Below, piece by piece: positions 1-8,466 of a stretch of DNA of 16,211 bases. Numbering within the stretch: the first letter of the stretch is position 1; every line of letters starts with the position of its first letter. The notes under the pieces are model-generated. The model was not told the DNA's origin, searched no databases, and saw only the letters and a program-made list of their open reading frames with translations. The position numbers and the translations under genes are program-made. The stretch is from Candidatus Saganbacteria bacterium. Lineage in GTDB: Bacteria > Margulisbacteria > WOR-1 > JAKLHX01. Where the stretch lies: positions 1-16,211 of the forward strand of contig JAPLKZ010000004.1 of assembly GCA_026387835.1 (NCBI GenBank), given 5' to 3'.

Positions 1-822
1 TTACATTATCCTGCATTTGTGGTTAGCCTCTTTTTCTTCTTCAACATATATTTTTTGACGGGTCATAAGCTCGTCAAAATCCACCAGGTGCCCGTCAAAT
101 TCGGGGCCGTCAACACAGGCGAACTTGACCTGTCCTCCCACGGTCACGCGGCACACCCCGCACATCCCCGTGGCGTCAAGCATTATAGGGTTAAGGCTTA
201 CAAGCGTCTTGATATTATGCGGCCTTGTGACGCCGGCCACCACTTTCATCATTATTGTAGGGCCGACAGCCGAGACAAGATCGACTTTATTTTTTTCTAT
301 GATCTCTTTCAGGATATCCGAGACAAAGCCCTTTTTACCGTACGAACCGTCATCAGTGCAAACCAGTGTTTCATCGCTTGCTTTTCTGATCTCATCTTCC
401 AGAAGGATAAGTTCTTTGTTCCTCGCGCCAAGGACAGAAATGACATGATTGCCTGCCTTTTTGTAAGCTTTTGTGACGGGAAGGATCTCGGGAATGCCCA
501 CACCGCCCCCTATCGTTACGACAGTGCCGAACTTTTCTATATCAGCAGGCTTTCCGAGAGGACATAAAAGATCCCTGACAAAGTCTCCTTTTTTGAGGGT
601 TCCGAGAAGAGATGTTGTCGCTCCGACTTCCTGAAAAATAATGGTGATCTCGCCTAAAGACCTGTCAGCGTCAGCGACCGTTAACGGGATCCTCTCTCCG
701 TTCTCGTTTATCCTTATAACGGCGAACTGGCCCGGTTTGGCGGCTTTCGCAGCATCAGGCGCCAGAACCTTAAGCTGTTTTATCTTTGGCGCGAGCTGTT
801 TGACTTCAATTATTTTATACAT
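1..822 (-). CDS. Sulfide/dihydroorotate dehydrogenase-like FAD/NAD-binding protein (NfnA / ferredoxin-NADP+ reductase alpha-like)
   Basis: Complete 273-aa ORF (stop TAA at 1-3). FAD-binding motif [22 protein letters not shown], nucleotide-binding [14 protein letters not shown], and C-terminal iron-sulfur-type cysteine motif [12 protein letters not shown]...[12 protein letters not shown]. Confidence 0.88.
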   Translation of the reverse strand: MYKIIEVKQLAPKIKQLKVLAPDAAKAAKPGQFAVIRINENGERIPLTVADADRSLGEITIIFQEVGATTSLLGTLKKGDFVRDLLCPLGKPADIEKFGTVVTIGGGVGIPEILPVTKAYKKAGNHVISVLGARNKELILLEDEIRKASDETLVCTDDGSYGKKGFVSDILKEIIEKNKVDLVSAVGPTIMMKVVAGVTRPHNIKTLVSLNPIMLDATGMCGVCRVTVGGQVKFACVDGPEFDGHLVDFDELMTRQKIYVEEEKEANHKCRIM

Positions 823-1526
823 CTTTTTTGCCTGTTAACTGCGTCTCTCATCCTTTTTACGGCCTGACCGAGCCCTACGAACACTGCATCCGCGATTATA
901 CTGAAACCTATGTTCAGCTCCTCGACATCTCTTATCTTTGCTATGGGACCGACGTTGTCAAGAGTAAGGCCGTGCCCGGCATTGACTTTAAGCCCCAGCG
1001 ATACTGCCATCTTCACCGCGTCTCTTATTTTTTTCAGCGCCTTTTGACCTGTATTCGCGTACTCCCCCGTATGGATCTCGATTAATTTTGCTCCTGTCAA
1101 GGCGCTTGCTTTTATCTGCCGAGGATCCGGGTCAACGAACAAGCTTACCCATATTCCGGCATCCTGAAGTTTTTGCACGTACTTCTTTAAATAGGCCGAT
1201 TGTCGCCTGACATCGAGACCGCCTTCAGTGGTCACCTCTTTTCTTTTCTCGGGGACAAGCGTGACGATATCGGGTTTTATTTTCAGGGCTATCTTTTGCA
1301 TTTCCCCTGTCGCGGCCATCTCCATGTCGAACCTTTTGACGGCTTTCCGTATTTCATATATGTCTTCATCTTTGATATGGCGGCGGTCTTCGCGGAGATG
1401 AGCTACTATACCGTCAGCTCCGGCTTTCATGCATATCAACGCGGCTTCCACAGGGGACGGAAAACCTTCTTTCCTTGCTTCTCTCAGCGTTGCTATATGG
1501 TCGATATTGACTCCAAGTTTTATCAT
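810..1526 (-). CDS. pdxJ: Pyridoxine 5'-phosphate synthase
   Basis: 238-aa ORF with PdxJ hallmarks: [66 protein letters not shown]. Confidence 0.97.
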   Translation of the reverse strand: MIKLGVNIDHIATLREARKEGFPSPVEAALICMKAGADGIVAHLREDRRHIKDEDIYEIRKAVKRFDMEMAATGEMQKIALKIKPDIVTLVPEKRKEVTTEGGLDVRRQSAYLKKYVQKLQDAGIWVSLFVDPDPRQIKASALTGAKLIEIHTGEYANTGQKALKKIRDAVKMAVSLGLKVNAGHGLTLDNVGPIAKIRDVEELNIGFSIIADAVFVGLGQAVKRMRDAVNRQKRCIK

Positions 1527-1535
1527 ATATGTATT

Positions 1536-1541
1536 ATTATA
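1536..1541 (-). promoter_or_regulatory. Candidate -10 for pdxJ
   Basis: Minus-strand TATAAT in the 41-nt gap upstream of pdxJ, followed by 9 nt (AATACATAT) then ATG. No good -35. Confidence 0.45.
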
Positions 1542-1567
1542 CTTTATCAGGATATTGTCCGGGAGAC

Positions 1568-2713
1568 TTACTGCCTTTTGCTGCTTTTTGTATTTCCTAA
1601 AACAAATATTTTGACCCTGGAAACACCCGAACCAAGCATTCCGAGCGATTGCGCTGCCGCCCTTGAAAGGTCAAGTATCCTGCCCGGGATGTAAGGCCCC
1701 CTGTCTGTCACCCTCACTATGACACTCTTGCTGTTATCAAGCCTTGTCACGAGGATCTGGGTCCCGAAAGGAAGCGTCCTGTGTGCGGCCGTGAAATCAT
1801 ACATATTGAAGCGCTCTCCGCTTGATGTCCTCCTGCCGTGGAAAAATCCGCCGTACCAGGAAGCGTAGCCGACCTGAAAAATGTGGAACGGAGAATATTT
1901 TTCGGTGATTTTTGGCGCGCCCAGCGATTCGCGCAGGCTGTTCACCATGTCGAGGGTCATCTCCCATAACTGTTTTTCCCCGACGTCCGTTTCGCCTGTG
2001 CTCAGCACGGGTATTATTTTTCCGCCGATATTCAACGAGTATCTGTCACCGGATGTTTCCGGTCTTATGTCACGTCCCTCCCTGCCGCTGATGACCTGCT
2101 CTTCCATGGCCTGAGCGATCGTCCTTGCCTTGTCGTATGAACTTATGTCCGGATCGGTCTCGCTTATCTTCATGACGGCATCGTCGTTGACAAAGACCTC
2201 GCTGCCCTCTCCTATCCTTTTCTTTTTTACCTCGATCTTGATGCCTTTCATCTTTTCTATCTTTACGATCTCATCGAACAGGTTCTGAGATAAAAGCTGG
2301 CAGTCAAAAGCTCTCCGTATCCTGTTTGACCAGTCATAAGCAAGGAGAAGAGGCGGGATGCTTGTGCCTCTTATGTCGCCGGGTTCTACCGAGAAAACAG
2401 GAGTGTCCTCGACTATCCCTATCGGGATATCGTCTATCATGGCCGGCTCCACCGCGCCGATATCGGCCCCTGCCTCGACCAGATAATTGATGATCTGGGA
2501 AATACGCAGCGCCCGTTCAAATGATGGCACCCCTGCTTCGGAAGAAGCATATATCTTTATGATGGACGTGCCGTTGATGAGTATCTCTGATCCCGATATC
2601 CGGCCCGGGCCGAAAAATCTTGCGGGTTCGGCATAGTATTGTTTTTCTTCGGAAAACGAGCAGGAGTGGAACACCGCAAAGACACAAAATATCGCGATGA
2701 ATAGTTTTTGCAC
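1568..2713 (-). CDS. RlpA-family (double-psi beta-barrel) protein with duplicated N-terminal module; possible GTG start
   Basis: C-terminal [44 protein letters not shown]...[25 protein letters not shown] is a classic RlpA domain. Hydrophobic N-terminus ([15 protein letters not shown]) looks like a signal peptide. No SPOR domain apparent. Confidence 0.87.
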   Translation of the reverse strand: MQKLFIAIFCVFAVFHSCSFSEEKQYYAEPARFFGPGRISGSEILINGTSIIKIYASSEAGVPSFERALRISQIINYLVEAGADIGAVEPAMIDDIPIGIVEDTPVFSVEPGDIRGTSIPPLLLAYDWSNRIRRAFDCQLLSQNLFDEIVKIEKMKGIKIEVKKKRIGEGSEVFVNDDAVMKISETDPDISSYDKARTIAQAMEEQVISGREGRDIRPETSGDRYSLNIGGKIIPVLSTGETDVGEKQLWEMTLDMVNSLRESLGAPKITEKYSPFHIFQVGYASWYGGFFHGRRTSSGERFNMYDFTAAHRTLPFGTQILVTRLDNSKSVIVRVTDRGPYIPGRILDLSRAAAQSLGMLGSGVSRVKIFVLGNTKSSKRQ

Positions 2714-2715
2714 TA

Positions 2716-3201
2716 TTAGCGGCAGCTATCTGAGCTTGAAAGCAGGCAGACCGCCTGGCTTGCGATAGCTTTCCCCTTGCCGATACTGCCAAGTCCTTCG
2801 GCAGTTTTTGACTTGATGCTTATTGAGGATGGATGTATCTTTAAAACTTTTGATATCTGTTCGATCATTTTACCCGTATGAACGGACATTTTAGGCATTT
2901 CCGCGATAATGTTTGAATCGATATTCGCGATACTATATCCGGCTGACCTGATCTTGCCTGCCACGTCCTTCAGAAGCTTAAGGCTTGAAATGCCTTTATA
3001 TTTTTTATCTGATGGCGGAAAATTTATGCCTATGTCTCCCAGTCCGGCAGCTCCGAGCATCGCATCCATTACAGCGTGCAAAAGCACGTCAGCGTCGGAA
3101 TGTCCGAGAAGACCTTTTGAGAACGGTATCTCGATGCCCCCTAATATCAGTTTTCTTCCTTTGACGAGCCTGTGCACATCAAAGCCGATACCTATGCGCA
3201 T
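2716..3201 (-). CDS. ispF: 2-C-methyl-D-erythritol 2,4-cyclodiphosphate synthase
   Basis: 161-aa ORF with RIGIGFDVHRL, LILGGIEIPFSKGLLGHSDADVLLHAVMDAMLGAAGLGDIG, and KAKTAEGLG-like C-terminus (SIKSKTAEGLGSIGKGKAIASQAVCLL). Confidence 0.97.
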   Translation of the reverse strand: MRIGIGFDVHRLVKGRKLILGGIEIPFSKGLLGHSDADVLLHAVMDAMLGAAGLGDIGINFPPSDKKYKGISSLKLLKDVAGKIRSAGYSIANIDSNIIAEMPKMSVHTGKMIEQISKVLKIHPSSISIKSKTAEGLGSIGKGKAIASQAVCLLSSSDSCR

Positions 3202-4400
3202 ATTATCCTCGCATGTTTTCTTTTGCCGACGCTCAATACCGTTTCCTTGTCCAGGGCGATGGCCATGTTCTCATCCTCGGCTTTCACCTCGTTTATCTTG
3301 ACGCCGCCGCCTTTTATCATCCTTTTCGCTTCTCCGGTCGAAGGCAGCAACCCGGACAGGACAAGCAGTCTTGTCAATTGGATCTTCCCGTCTTTCATCT
3401 CAGAACCGTCTATTTTTATGGCCGGCATGTCGGATGGCAGTTTGTTCTGCTTGAAAACCGAATCAAATTCCTGTTCCGATTGTTGAGCTTTTTCTTTGCC
3501 ATAAAAATATTCGACCAGGAACTTGGCAAGTTTTGTTTTTACGTCTTTCGGGTGAAGCCCTCCGGATCCCAGCCCCTTTTTTATCTCAGATATCTCCTGG
3601 TCCGTCGTGTCCGTCAAAAGCTCATAGTATTTGATCATCAAATTATCGGGGATTGACATAGTTTTTCCGAAAATATCTTTCGGTGATTCCGTAAAACCGA
3701 TATAGTTGCCGAGGCTTTTGCTCATCTTCATCTTTCCATCGGTGCCCTCGAGCAGCGGCATTGTCAGTACAACCTGCTGTTCTTTGCCGTATGCCTTCTG
3801 TAATTCTCTTCCCACGAGAAGGTTAAATATCTGGTCATGGCCGCCCACTTCGATATCCGCGTCGATCACAACTGAATCGTAACCCTGCATGAGAGGGTAA
3901 AGGAACTCGACGACGCTGATCTCCCTGTTTTCTTTGAACCTTTCCTTGAAATCCCCTCTTTCCAGCATCCTTGCCACGGTATATTGGGACATCAGTTTCA
4001 TTACCGACATAAGGTCCATCTTTGAAAGCCACTTGCTGTTAAATACAACCTCGGTTTTTTTCCTGTCAAGGACCTTGAAGACCTGTTCCTGGTAGCTTTT
4101 TGCATTATGCAGGACCTCTTCTCTTGAAAGCGGCTTTCTTGTCTCGGATTTGCCCGAAGGATCGCCTATCATACCGGTAAGATCGCCGATTATGAAAATT
4201 ACTTTATGCCCGAGTTCCTGGAAAGTCCTGAGTTTCTTCAGGACGACCATATGCCCGAGGTGGAGGTCAGGCGCGGAAGGATCGGCCCCCCATTTTATTT
4301 TAAGAGAAGCGCCTTTCTGAAGCTTTTTTTTGAGCTCGGCTTCATTTATAAAGTCGACTGTTCCGCGTTTTATCAGCTCTATTTGTTTATTTAAATCCAT
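3192..4400 (-). CDS. tyrS: Tyrosyl-tRNA synthetase
   Basis: 402-aa ORF. HIGH-type motif DPSAPDLHLGHMVVL, IGDLTGMIGDPSGKS, GGHDQIFNLLVGRELQ, KMSKS loop GKMKMSKSLGNYIG, C-terminal S4-like domain. Start preceded by AAGG. Confidence 0.96.
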   Translation of the reverse strand: MDLNKQIELIKRGTVDFINEAELKKKLQKGASLKIKWGADPSAPDLHLGHMVVLKKLRTFQELGHKVIFIIGDLTGMIGDPSGKSETRKPLSREEVLHNAKSYQEQVFKVLDRKKTEVVFNSKWLSKMDLMSVMKLMSQYTVARMLERGDFKERFKENREISVVEFLYPLMQGYDSVVIDADIEVGGHDQIFNLLVGRELQKAYGKEQQVVLTMPLLEGTDGKMKMSKSLGNYIGFTESPKDIFGKTMSIPDNLMIKYYELLTDTTDQEISEIKKGLGSGGLHPKDVKTKLAKFLVEYFYGKEKAQQSEQEFDSVFKQNKLPSDMPAIKIDGSEMKDGKIQLTRLLVLSGLLPSTGEAKRMIKGGGVKINEVKAEDENMAIALDKETVLSVGKRKHARIICA

Positions 4401-4420
4401 TTGCCCTTACCCATCAAAAA

Positions 4421-5542
4421 TTAACCTGCCCCAATTTCCTTTAAAGATTCCCGCAATATTTTAACTGGTATATCATTCCTTATAATGACCGAACCGATCC
4501 TGGTCGGAAGAACAAAATTGATCCTGCCGTCCCTTACTTTCTTGTCAAGTATGAGCTTTGTTATGATATCGTCAGCCTCTATCCCTTTGATCGAGACCGG
4601 AAGGTTGACCGCGGAGATCAATTTCTTTATCCTGTCCTCAGTATCTGCTTTTATCATCTTCATCTTGTTCGCTATCTTCAGAGCGGCCACCATCCCGATC
4701 GCAACTGCTTCCCCGTGAGTTATCCCTTTATACTCGGATAATGCTTCCAGAGCATGGCCGATCGTGTGGCCGAAATTGAGTATCACCCTTTGGCCTTTTG
4801 TTTCTTTTTCGTCAGCCGCCACGACTTTGGCTTTTATTGACGCGGATATCGATATTATGTTCTCCCATGTCCCGAGAAGGTCCTTAAAATCACCGGGATT
4901 TAATAATTTCGGGGATTTCAATCCGAAAACTTTATTTTCGAGATATTCAAACAATTTAAAGTCTTTTATTACCCCGTACTTTATTATTTCGGCAAGACCG
5001 TTGCGGAGCTCTTTTGCCGGTAAAGTTATAAGCACTGCTGTGTCCGCGTACACCAATCTTGGTTGACAGAACACCCCCACGATATTCTTTGCTTCCTCGA
5101 GGTTCACGCCTGTCTTCCCGCCAATGCTTGCGTCCACCTGGGACAGAAGCGTGGTCGGCACATTGATAAGATCGACGCCTCTCATATATGTTGCCGCCAC
5201 AAATCCGGTCAGATCGCCGATCACTCCCCCGCCCAAAGCAATAAGGGCGCAGTCCCTGTGGGCTTTAAGTTCAAGGAGTTTTTTATACAGCTTCTTGGCC
5301 ATTTCGAGCGTCTTTGTCTTTTCACCAGACGGTATGGTGATGATCTCCGACTTAAAACCTTTTGATCTCAGAGAATGTTTTACCACTCCCGCATAGAGGC
5401 GGCCGACAGTAAAGTCTGAAATTACGATGACCCTGTTCTTCAGCTTCAATTTTGTAAGGGCCTCACCCAGCTTTGAAAGGATCTGCGAGCCTACGATGAT
5501 CTCATAGAAGGCAGAACTCGTGCGAACGGGTATTTTCCTCAT
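4421..5542 (-). CDS. aroB: 3-dehydroquinate synthase
   Basis: GEKTKTLE, LGGGVIGDLTGFVAATYMRGVDLINVPTTLLSQVDASIGGKTGVN, NFGHTIGHALE, THGEAVAIGM. The ORF track extends to a TTG at 5569; the ATG at 5542 (MRKIPVRTSS) is the likelier start. Confidence 0.96.
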   Translation of the reverse strand: MRKIPVRTSSAFYEIIVGSQILSKLGEALTKLKLKNRVIVISDFTVGRLYAGVVKHSLRSKGFKSEIITIPSGEKTKTLEMAKKLYKKLLELKAHRDCALIALGGGVIGDLTGFVAATYMRGVDLINVPTTLLSQVDASIGGKTGVNLEEAKNIVGVFCQPRLVYADTAVLITLPAKELRNGLAEIIKYGVIKDFKLFEYLENKVFGLKSPKLLNPGDFKDLLGTWENIISISASIKAKVVAADEKETKGQRVILNFGHTIGHALEALSEYKGITHGEAVAIGMVAALKIANKMKMIKADTEDRIKKLISAVNLPVSIKGIEADDIITKLILDKKVRDGRINFVLPTRIGSVIIRNDIPVKILRESLKEIGAG

Positions 5543-5550
5543 ATATATAT

Positions 5551-5579
5551 ATTGTATATCAATTTTCAAGCATCGACAA
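5551..5579 (-). promoter_or_regulatory. Candidate sigma70-type promoter for aroB
   Basis: Minus-strand TTGTCG (5574-5579), 17-nt spacer, TACAAT (5551-5556), then 8 nt to ATG at 5542. Confidence 0.5.
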
Positions 5580-5610
5580 GAAACTATCCCTGACCGTCTC
5601 TGATGTCCGG

Positions 5611-6126
5611 TCAGTTCTTAGTTATGAAAGAAATTATTTGATTTATTGTCTTATTATCGGTTTTAATAATATGATCCGCGGTGTTTTTGTAGAACCTGTC
5701 TCTTTTTATCAGCATTGCACGGATGACATCTATCCTTTTCTTTTCATCCTTGATATTCAAAAGAGGCCGGCTGCCGAGTTTTTTCAGCCGTTTATTTATT
5801 GTTCCGGGTCCGGCCGACAACAGGAACACTTTTCCGGTCTTTTTCAGCATCTTCCTGTTCACCGCTTTTAATATCATTCCCCCGCCACAGGCGATGACTG
5901 CCCCGTTCATCTCTTTTAACGACCTGAGAACTTCCGTCTCGAGTCTTCTGAAATAGCCCTCCCCTTTCGTACTGAAAATGGCACTGATCTTTTTCTTAGT
6001 CTTTTTTTCTATTATGGAATCGGTGCATATGAATTTCATCTTCAGCTTTTTTGCCAGGAGGCGCCCGACCGCTGATTTACCGGTAGCCATGAAGCCGATC
6101 AAAATTATATTATCCCTCTTCCTCAT
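5611..6126 (-). CDS. aroK: Shikimate kinase
   Basis: 171-aa ORF. P-loop GFMATGKSAVGRLLA, STKGEGYFRRLETEVL, ACGGGMI, GSRPLL. Confidence 0.92.
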   Translation of the reverse strand: MRKRDNIILIGFMATGKSAVGRLLAKKLKMKFICTDSIIEKKTKKKISAIFSTKGEGYFRRLETEVLRSLKEMNGAVIACGGGMILKAVNRKMLKKTGKVFLLSAGPGTINKRLKKLGSRPLLNIKDEKKRIDVIRAMLIKRDRFYKNTADHIIKTDNKTINQIISFITKN

Positions 6127-6147
6127 TCCTCACCCTCATCCTTAACA

Positions 6148-6221
6148 TGCCCCCGGCGTGAGTCGAACACGCGGCCTGCGGTTTAGGAAACCGTCGCTCT
6201 ATCCATCTGAGCTACGGGGGC
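6148..6221 (-). tRNA. tRNA-Arg, anticodon CCT
   Basis: Reverse complement GCCCCCGTAGCTCAGATGGATAGAGCGACGGTTTCCTAAACCGCAGGCCGCGTGTTCGACTCACGCCGGGGGCA folds as a cloverleaf: acceptor GCCCCCG/CGGGGGC, D-stem GCTC/GAGC, anticodon loop TTCCTAA, T-arm GCGTG-TTCGACT-CACGC. CCA is not encoded. Confidence 0.96.
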
Positions 6222-6251
6222 ACTCCGTTCGATGCAAGCTTTATGCTAATA

Positions 6252-6280
6252 ATTTTACATTGGAGGGGAGTGCGATGCAA
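6252..6280 (-). promoter_or_regulatory. Candidate sigma70-type promoter for tRNA-Arg / aroK transcript
   Basis: On the minus strand: TTGCAT (6275-6280), 17-nt spacer, TAAAAT (6252-6257). Predicted start about 24 nt before the tRNA 5' end. Confidence 0.6.
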
Positions 6281-6329
6281 GTTTGAAGGTTTTTAAAGCG
6301 ATATAACTATATGAAGGAGATCAAATAAA

Positions 6330-6590
6330 ATGCAGGATGATATCAAGATCCCCAAAGAACAGTTCCTCGTGGATTATTTCAAGACAAAAACACAGGCGTC
6401 AAAACCCGAGGACAAGCCTTTTAACGAGGTCCTGCAGACGATACAGGTAAGGATCGAGAAAAAATCCCTTGAAAGCCTCCAGAACTCCCCGAAAGAAGAA
6501 GCTGACAGGGCCATCGACAGCCTTGACCCGAAAGAGGCTGTCTCGCTTCTCAAAGAGACCATCAACACATTAAGGTCAATATCCGGATAG
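6330..6590 (+). CDS. Hypothetical 86-aa protein
   Basis: Intact ORF with strong SD (AAGGAGA, 9 nt before ATG), followed 13 nt later by the ArsR-like gene on the same strand. Confidence 0.72.
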   Translation: MQDDIKIPKEQFLVDYFKTKTQASKPEDKPFNEVLQTIQVRIEKKSLESLQNSPKEEADRAIDSLDPKEAVSLLKETINTLRSISG

Positions 6591-6603
6591 CAAGGAAGAT
6601 CTC

Positions 6604-6897
6604 ATGAACCTATTAAGCAGTAAATATTCAAGGTACCTCGAAGTGCTTGGCTCCGAGGAGCGCGTAAAGATCCTCGAGCTTCTCGCAGGCGGGGAGATGT
6701 GCGTGCAGGAGATCAACAGCCATTTTTTTGCCTCGCAGGCGACCATCTCATATCATATCAACATTTTAAAGGAGATCGGTTTTCTAAAGAGCGTGAAAAT
6801 AGGGAAATTCATCTATTATTCACTTCAGGCAAACAATATAAAAGATTATTTAAAAAGATTTGTCAGGGATTTCAGCCTCTGCCTGGACAATGCCTAG
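6604..6897 (+). CDS. Small ArsR-like winged-helix transcriptional regulator
   Basis: LGSEERVKILELLAGGEMCVQEINSHFFASQATISYHINILKEIGFLKSVKIGKFIYYSL is a typical ArsR helix-turn-helix and wing. SD AAGGAAG upstream. Confidence 0.87.
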   Translation: MNLLSSKYSRYLEVLGSEERVKILELLAGGEMCVQEINSHFFASQATISYHINILKEIGFLKSVKIGKFIYYSLQANNIKDYLKRFVRDFSLCLDNA

Positions 6898-7661
6898 ACC
6901 GGGAACTTACCCTCTTTCACTTCACTGATGTATGTTGAAACAGCTTTTTTGAATTGATCTCCAAGGTCCGCGTATTGCTTGACGAACTTTGGCACTTTAC
7001 CCGGATAGAGCCCTACGATGTCATTAGTGACAAGGACCTGGCCGTCGCAGAAAGGTCCCGAACCGCAGCTTATTGTCGGGACTTTGAGCGACTCGGTAAC
7101 GGTCTTTGCGGCATTCCTTTCAACAAGCTCAAGAACTATCGAAAACACGCCCGCATCTTCCAGTAACTTCGATTCTTCTAATACTTGTAAAGTTTCAGCC
7201 TGAGTTTTCCCGTGGACAGCAGGGATTCCTTCTGATTGCGGAGTAAAACCGATATGCCCCATGACAGGGATATCCGAAGAGACAAGTTTTTTTATCAATT
7301 CTAAATGCTCTGTACCTTCTATCTTTACCGCTTCCGCGCCCGCTTCGATGAACAAGACGGCATTTTTATACGCGTCTTCTTCGCCTTTTTCAAATGCGGA
7401 CAGCGGCATGTCCCCTACTATTAATGAATGCTTGACGCCTCTTTTCACGGCTTTTATATGATGGACCATCTCCTGCACCGTCACCAGGATAGTATTTTCG
7501 TATCCGAGGATCACGTTGCCGACCGAATCTCCGACAAGTACGATATCTATTCCGGCTTCTTCGAGAAGTTTTCCCGTCGGGGCATCATAAGCCGTGAGAC
7601 AGGCTATTTTTTCGCCTTTTTCTTTTTTCATCCGGATGGCGCGGACCGTTTCGATAGGCAT
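6894..7661 (-). CDS. panB: 3-methyl-2-oxobutanoate hydroxymethyltransferase (ketopantoate hydroxymethyltransferase)
   Basis: KIACLTAYDAPTGKLLEEAGIDIVLVGDSVGNVILGYENTILVTVQEMVHHIKAVKRG, VKIEGTEH, MGHIGFTPQ. The ORF track starts at a TTG at 7742 inside cdaA; the ATG at 7661 (MPIETVRAIRMKKEKG) is more likely. Confidence 0.95.
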   Translation of the reverse strand: MPIETVRAIRMKKEKGEKIACLTAYDAPTGKLLEEAGIDIVLVGDSVGNVILGYENTILVTVQEMVHHIKAVKRGVKHSLIVGDMPLSAFEKGEEDAYKNAVLFIEAGAEAVKIEGTEHLELIKKLVSSDIPVMGHIGFTPQSEGIPAVHGKTQAETLQVLEESKLLEDAGVFSIVLELVERNAAKTVTESLKVPTISCGSGPFCDGQVLVTNDIVGLYPGKVPKFVKQYADLGDQFKKAVSTYISEVKEGKFPV

Positions 7662-7662
7662 T

Positions 7663-8466
7663 TTATTCTTTTTTTTGTCTTCCGAAAAAGAATTTTGATT
7701 TTTGCGGGGCAGGCTTATAAATCTCGAAAAGCCTTTCTTCAAGCAGTTCTTTTGTAAGGAACCTGTTAAGGTAGCCGTTCTCCGCGACGGATATCGTCCC
7801 AGTCGATTCTGAGACTACTATCACAAGAGCGTCAGATTGTTCGCTCATCCCGACAGCGGCCCTGTGGCGCGTGCCGAGCCTCCTGTCAAGAAGACGGCTT
7901 TCCGAAAGGGGCAGCAGGCATCCCGCTGATGCGATCCTGTCGCCCTGGATTATTATCGCCCCGTCGTGGAGCGGCGTGCCTTTTGTCAGTATGGTGATCA
8001 GCAATTCTTCCGTGACCGGAGAATCTATGGGGACGCCGGATTCAAGAAATTCGTTCAGACCTGTGTTCCTTTCAAGGACTATCAGGCCGCCGATCTTTTC
8101 CTGCGAGCATTTTTCCACGGCATCGATTATCTGCCTTACTATTGCGCCGGTCTTTGTACCGAACGAAAGGCCTATCCTGTTCAGCAGTTTCCCTCGTCCC
8201 AGCCGTTCAAGCGCTCTCCGGAGTTCCGGCTGGAATACGATTATTATGACTATCAGGATTATCGTGACGAATTTTTCCATCAGCCAGTTAAGCGTGCGCA
8301 GCCCGAGCTGCTGGGCGGCAAAATAGATCACGAAGACTATCAGCAGACCGCGCAGAAGCTGCATCCCGGCGGTCCCTTTCAGCCAGATGAACACCTGGTA
8401 AAGAATGAACGCGACTATAAGAATGTCTATCAGGTCGACCCATTGTATCCCTAAAGGAAGCGTCAT
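7663..8466 (-). CDS. cdaA: Membrane diadenylate cyclase (c-di-AMP synthase, DisA_N domain)
   Basis: N-terminal hydrophobic segments, VFQPELRRALERLG, catalytic motifs LHDGAIII and LGTRHRAAVGMSEQSDA. SD GAGGAACT before ATG. Confidence 0.95.
   Translation of the reverse strand: MTLPLGIQWVDLIDILIVAFILYQVFIWLKGTAGMQLLRGLLIVFVIYFAAQQLGLRTLNWLMEKFVTIILIVIIIVFQPELRRALERLGRGKLLNRIGLSFGTKTGAIVRQIIDAVEKCSQEKIGGLIVLERNTGLNEFLESGVPIDSPVTEELLITILTKGTPLHDGAIIIQGDRIASAGCLLPLSESRLLDRRLGTRHRAAVGMSEQSDALVIVVSESTGTISVAENGYLNRFLTKELLEERLFEIYKPAPQKSKFFFGRQKKE

Noticed and set aside
19-567. 182-aa plus-strand ORF opposite the NfnA-like gene
   Set aside because: Antisense to a well-supported CDS; no domain or plausible RBS.
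5541-5550. (AT)n run upstream of aroB as a microsatellite or phase-variation tract
   Set aside because: Only five AT units; short and explained by an AT-rich promoter/start region.
5543-5569. TTG-initiated extension of aroB (MKIDIQYIY)
   Set aside because: No SD for the TTG, and the encoded residues are just the AT-rich promoter-like stretch read through. ATG at 5542 is more natural.
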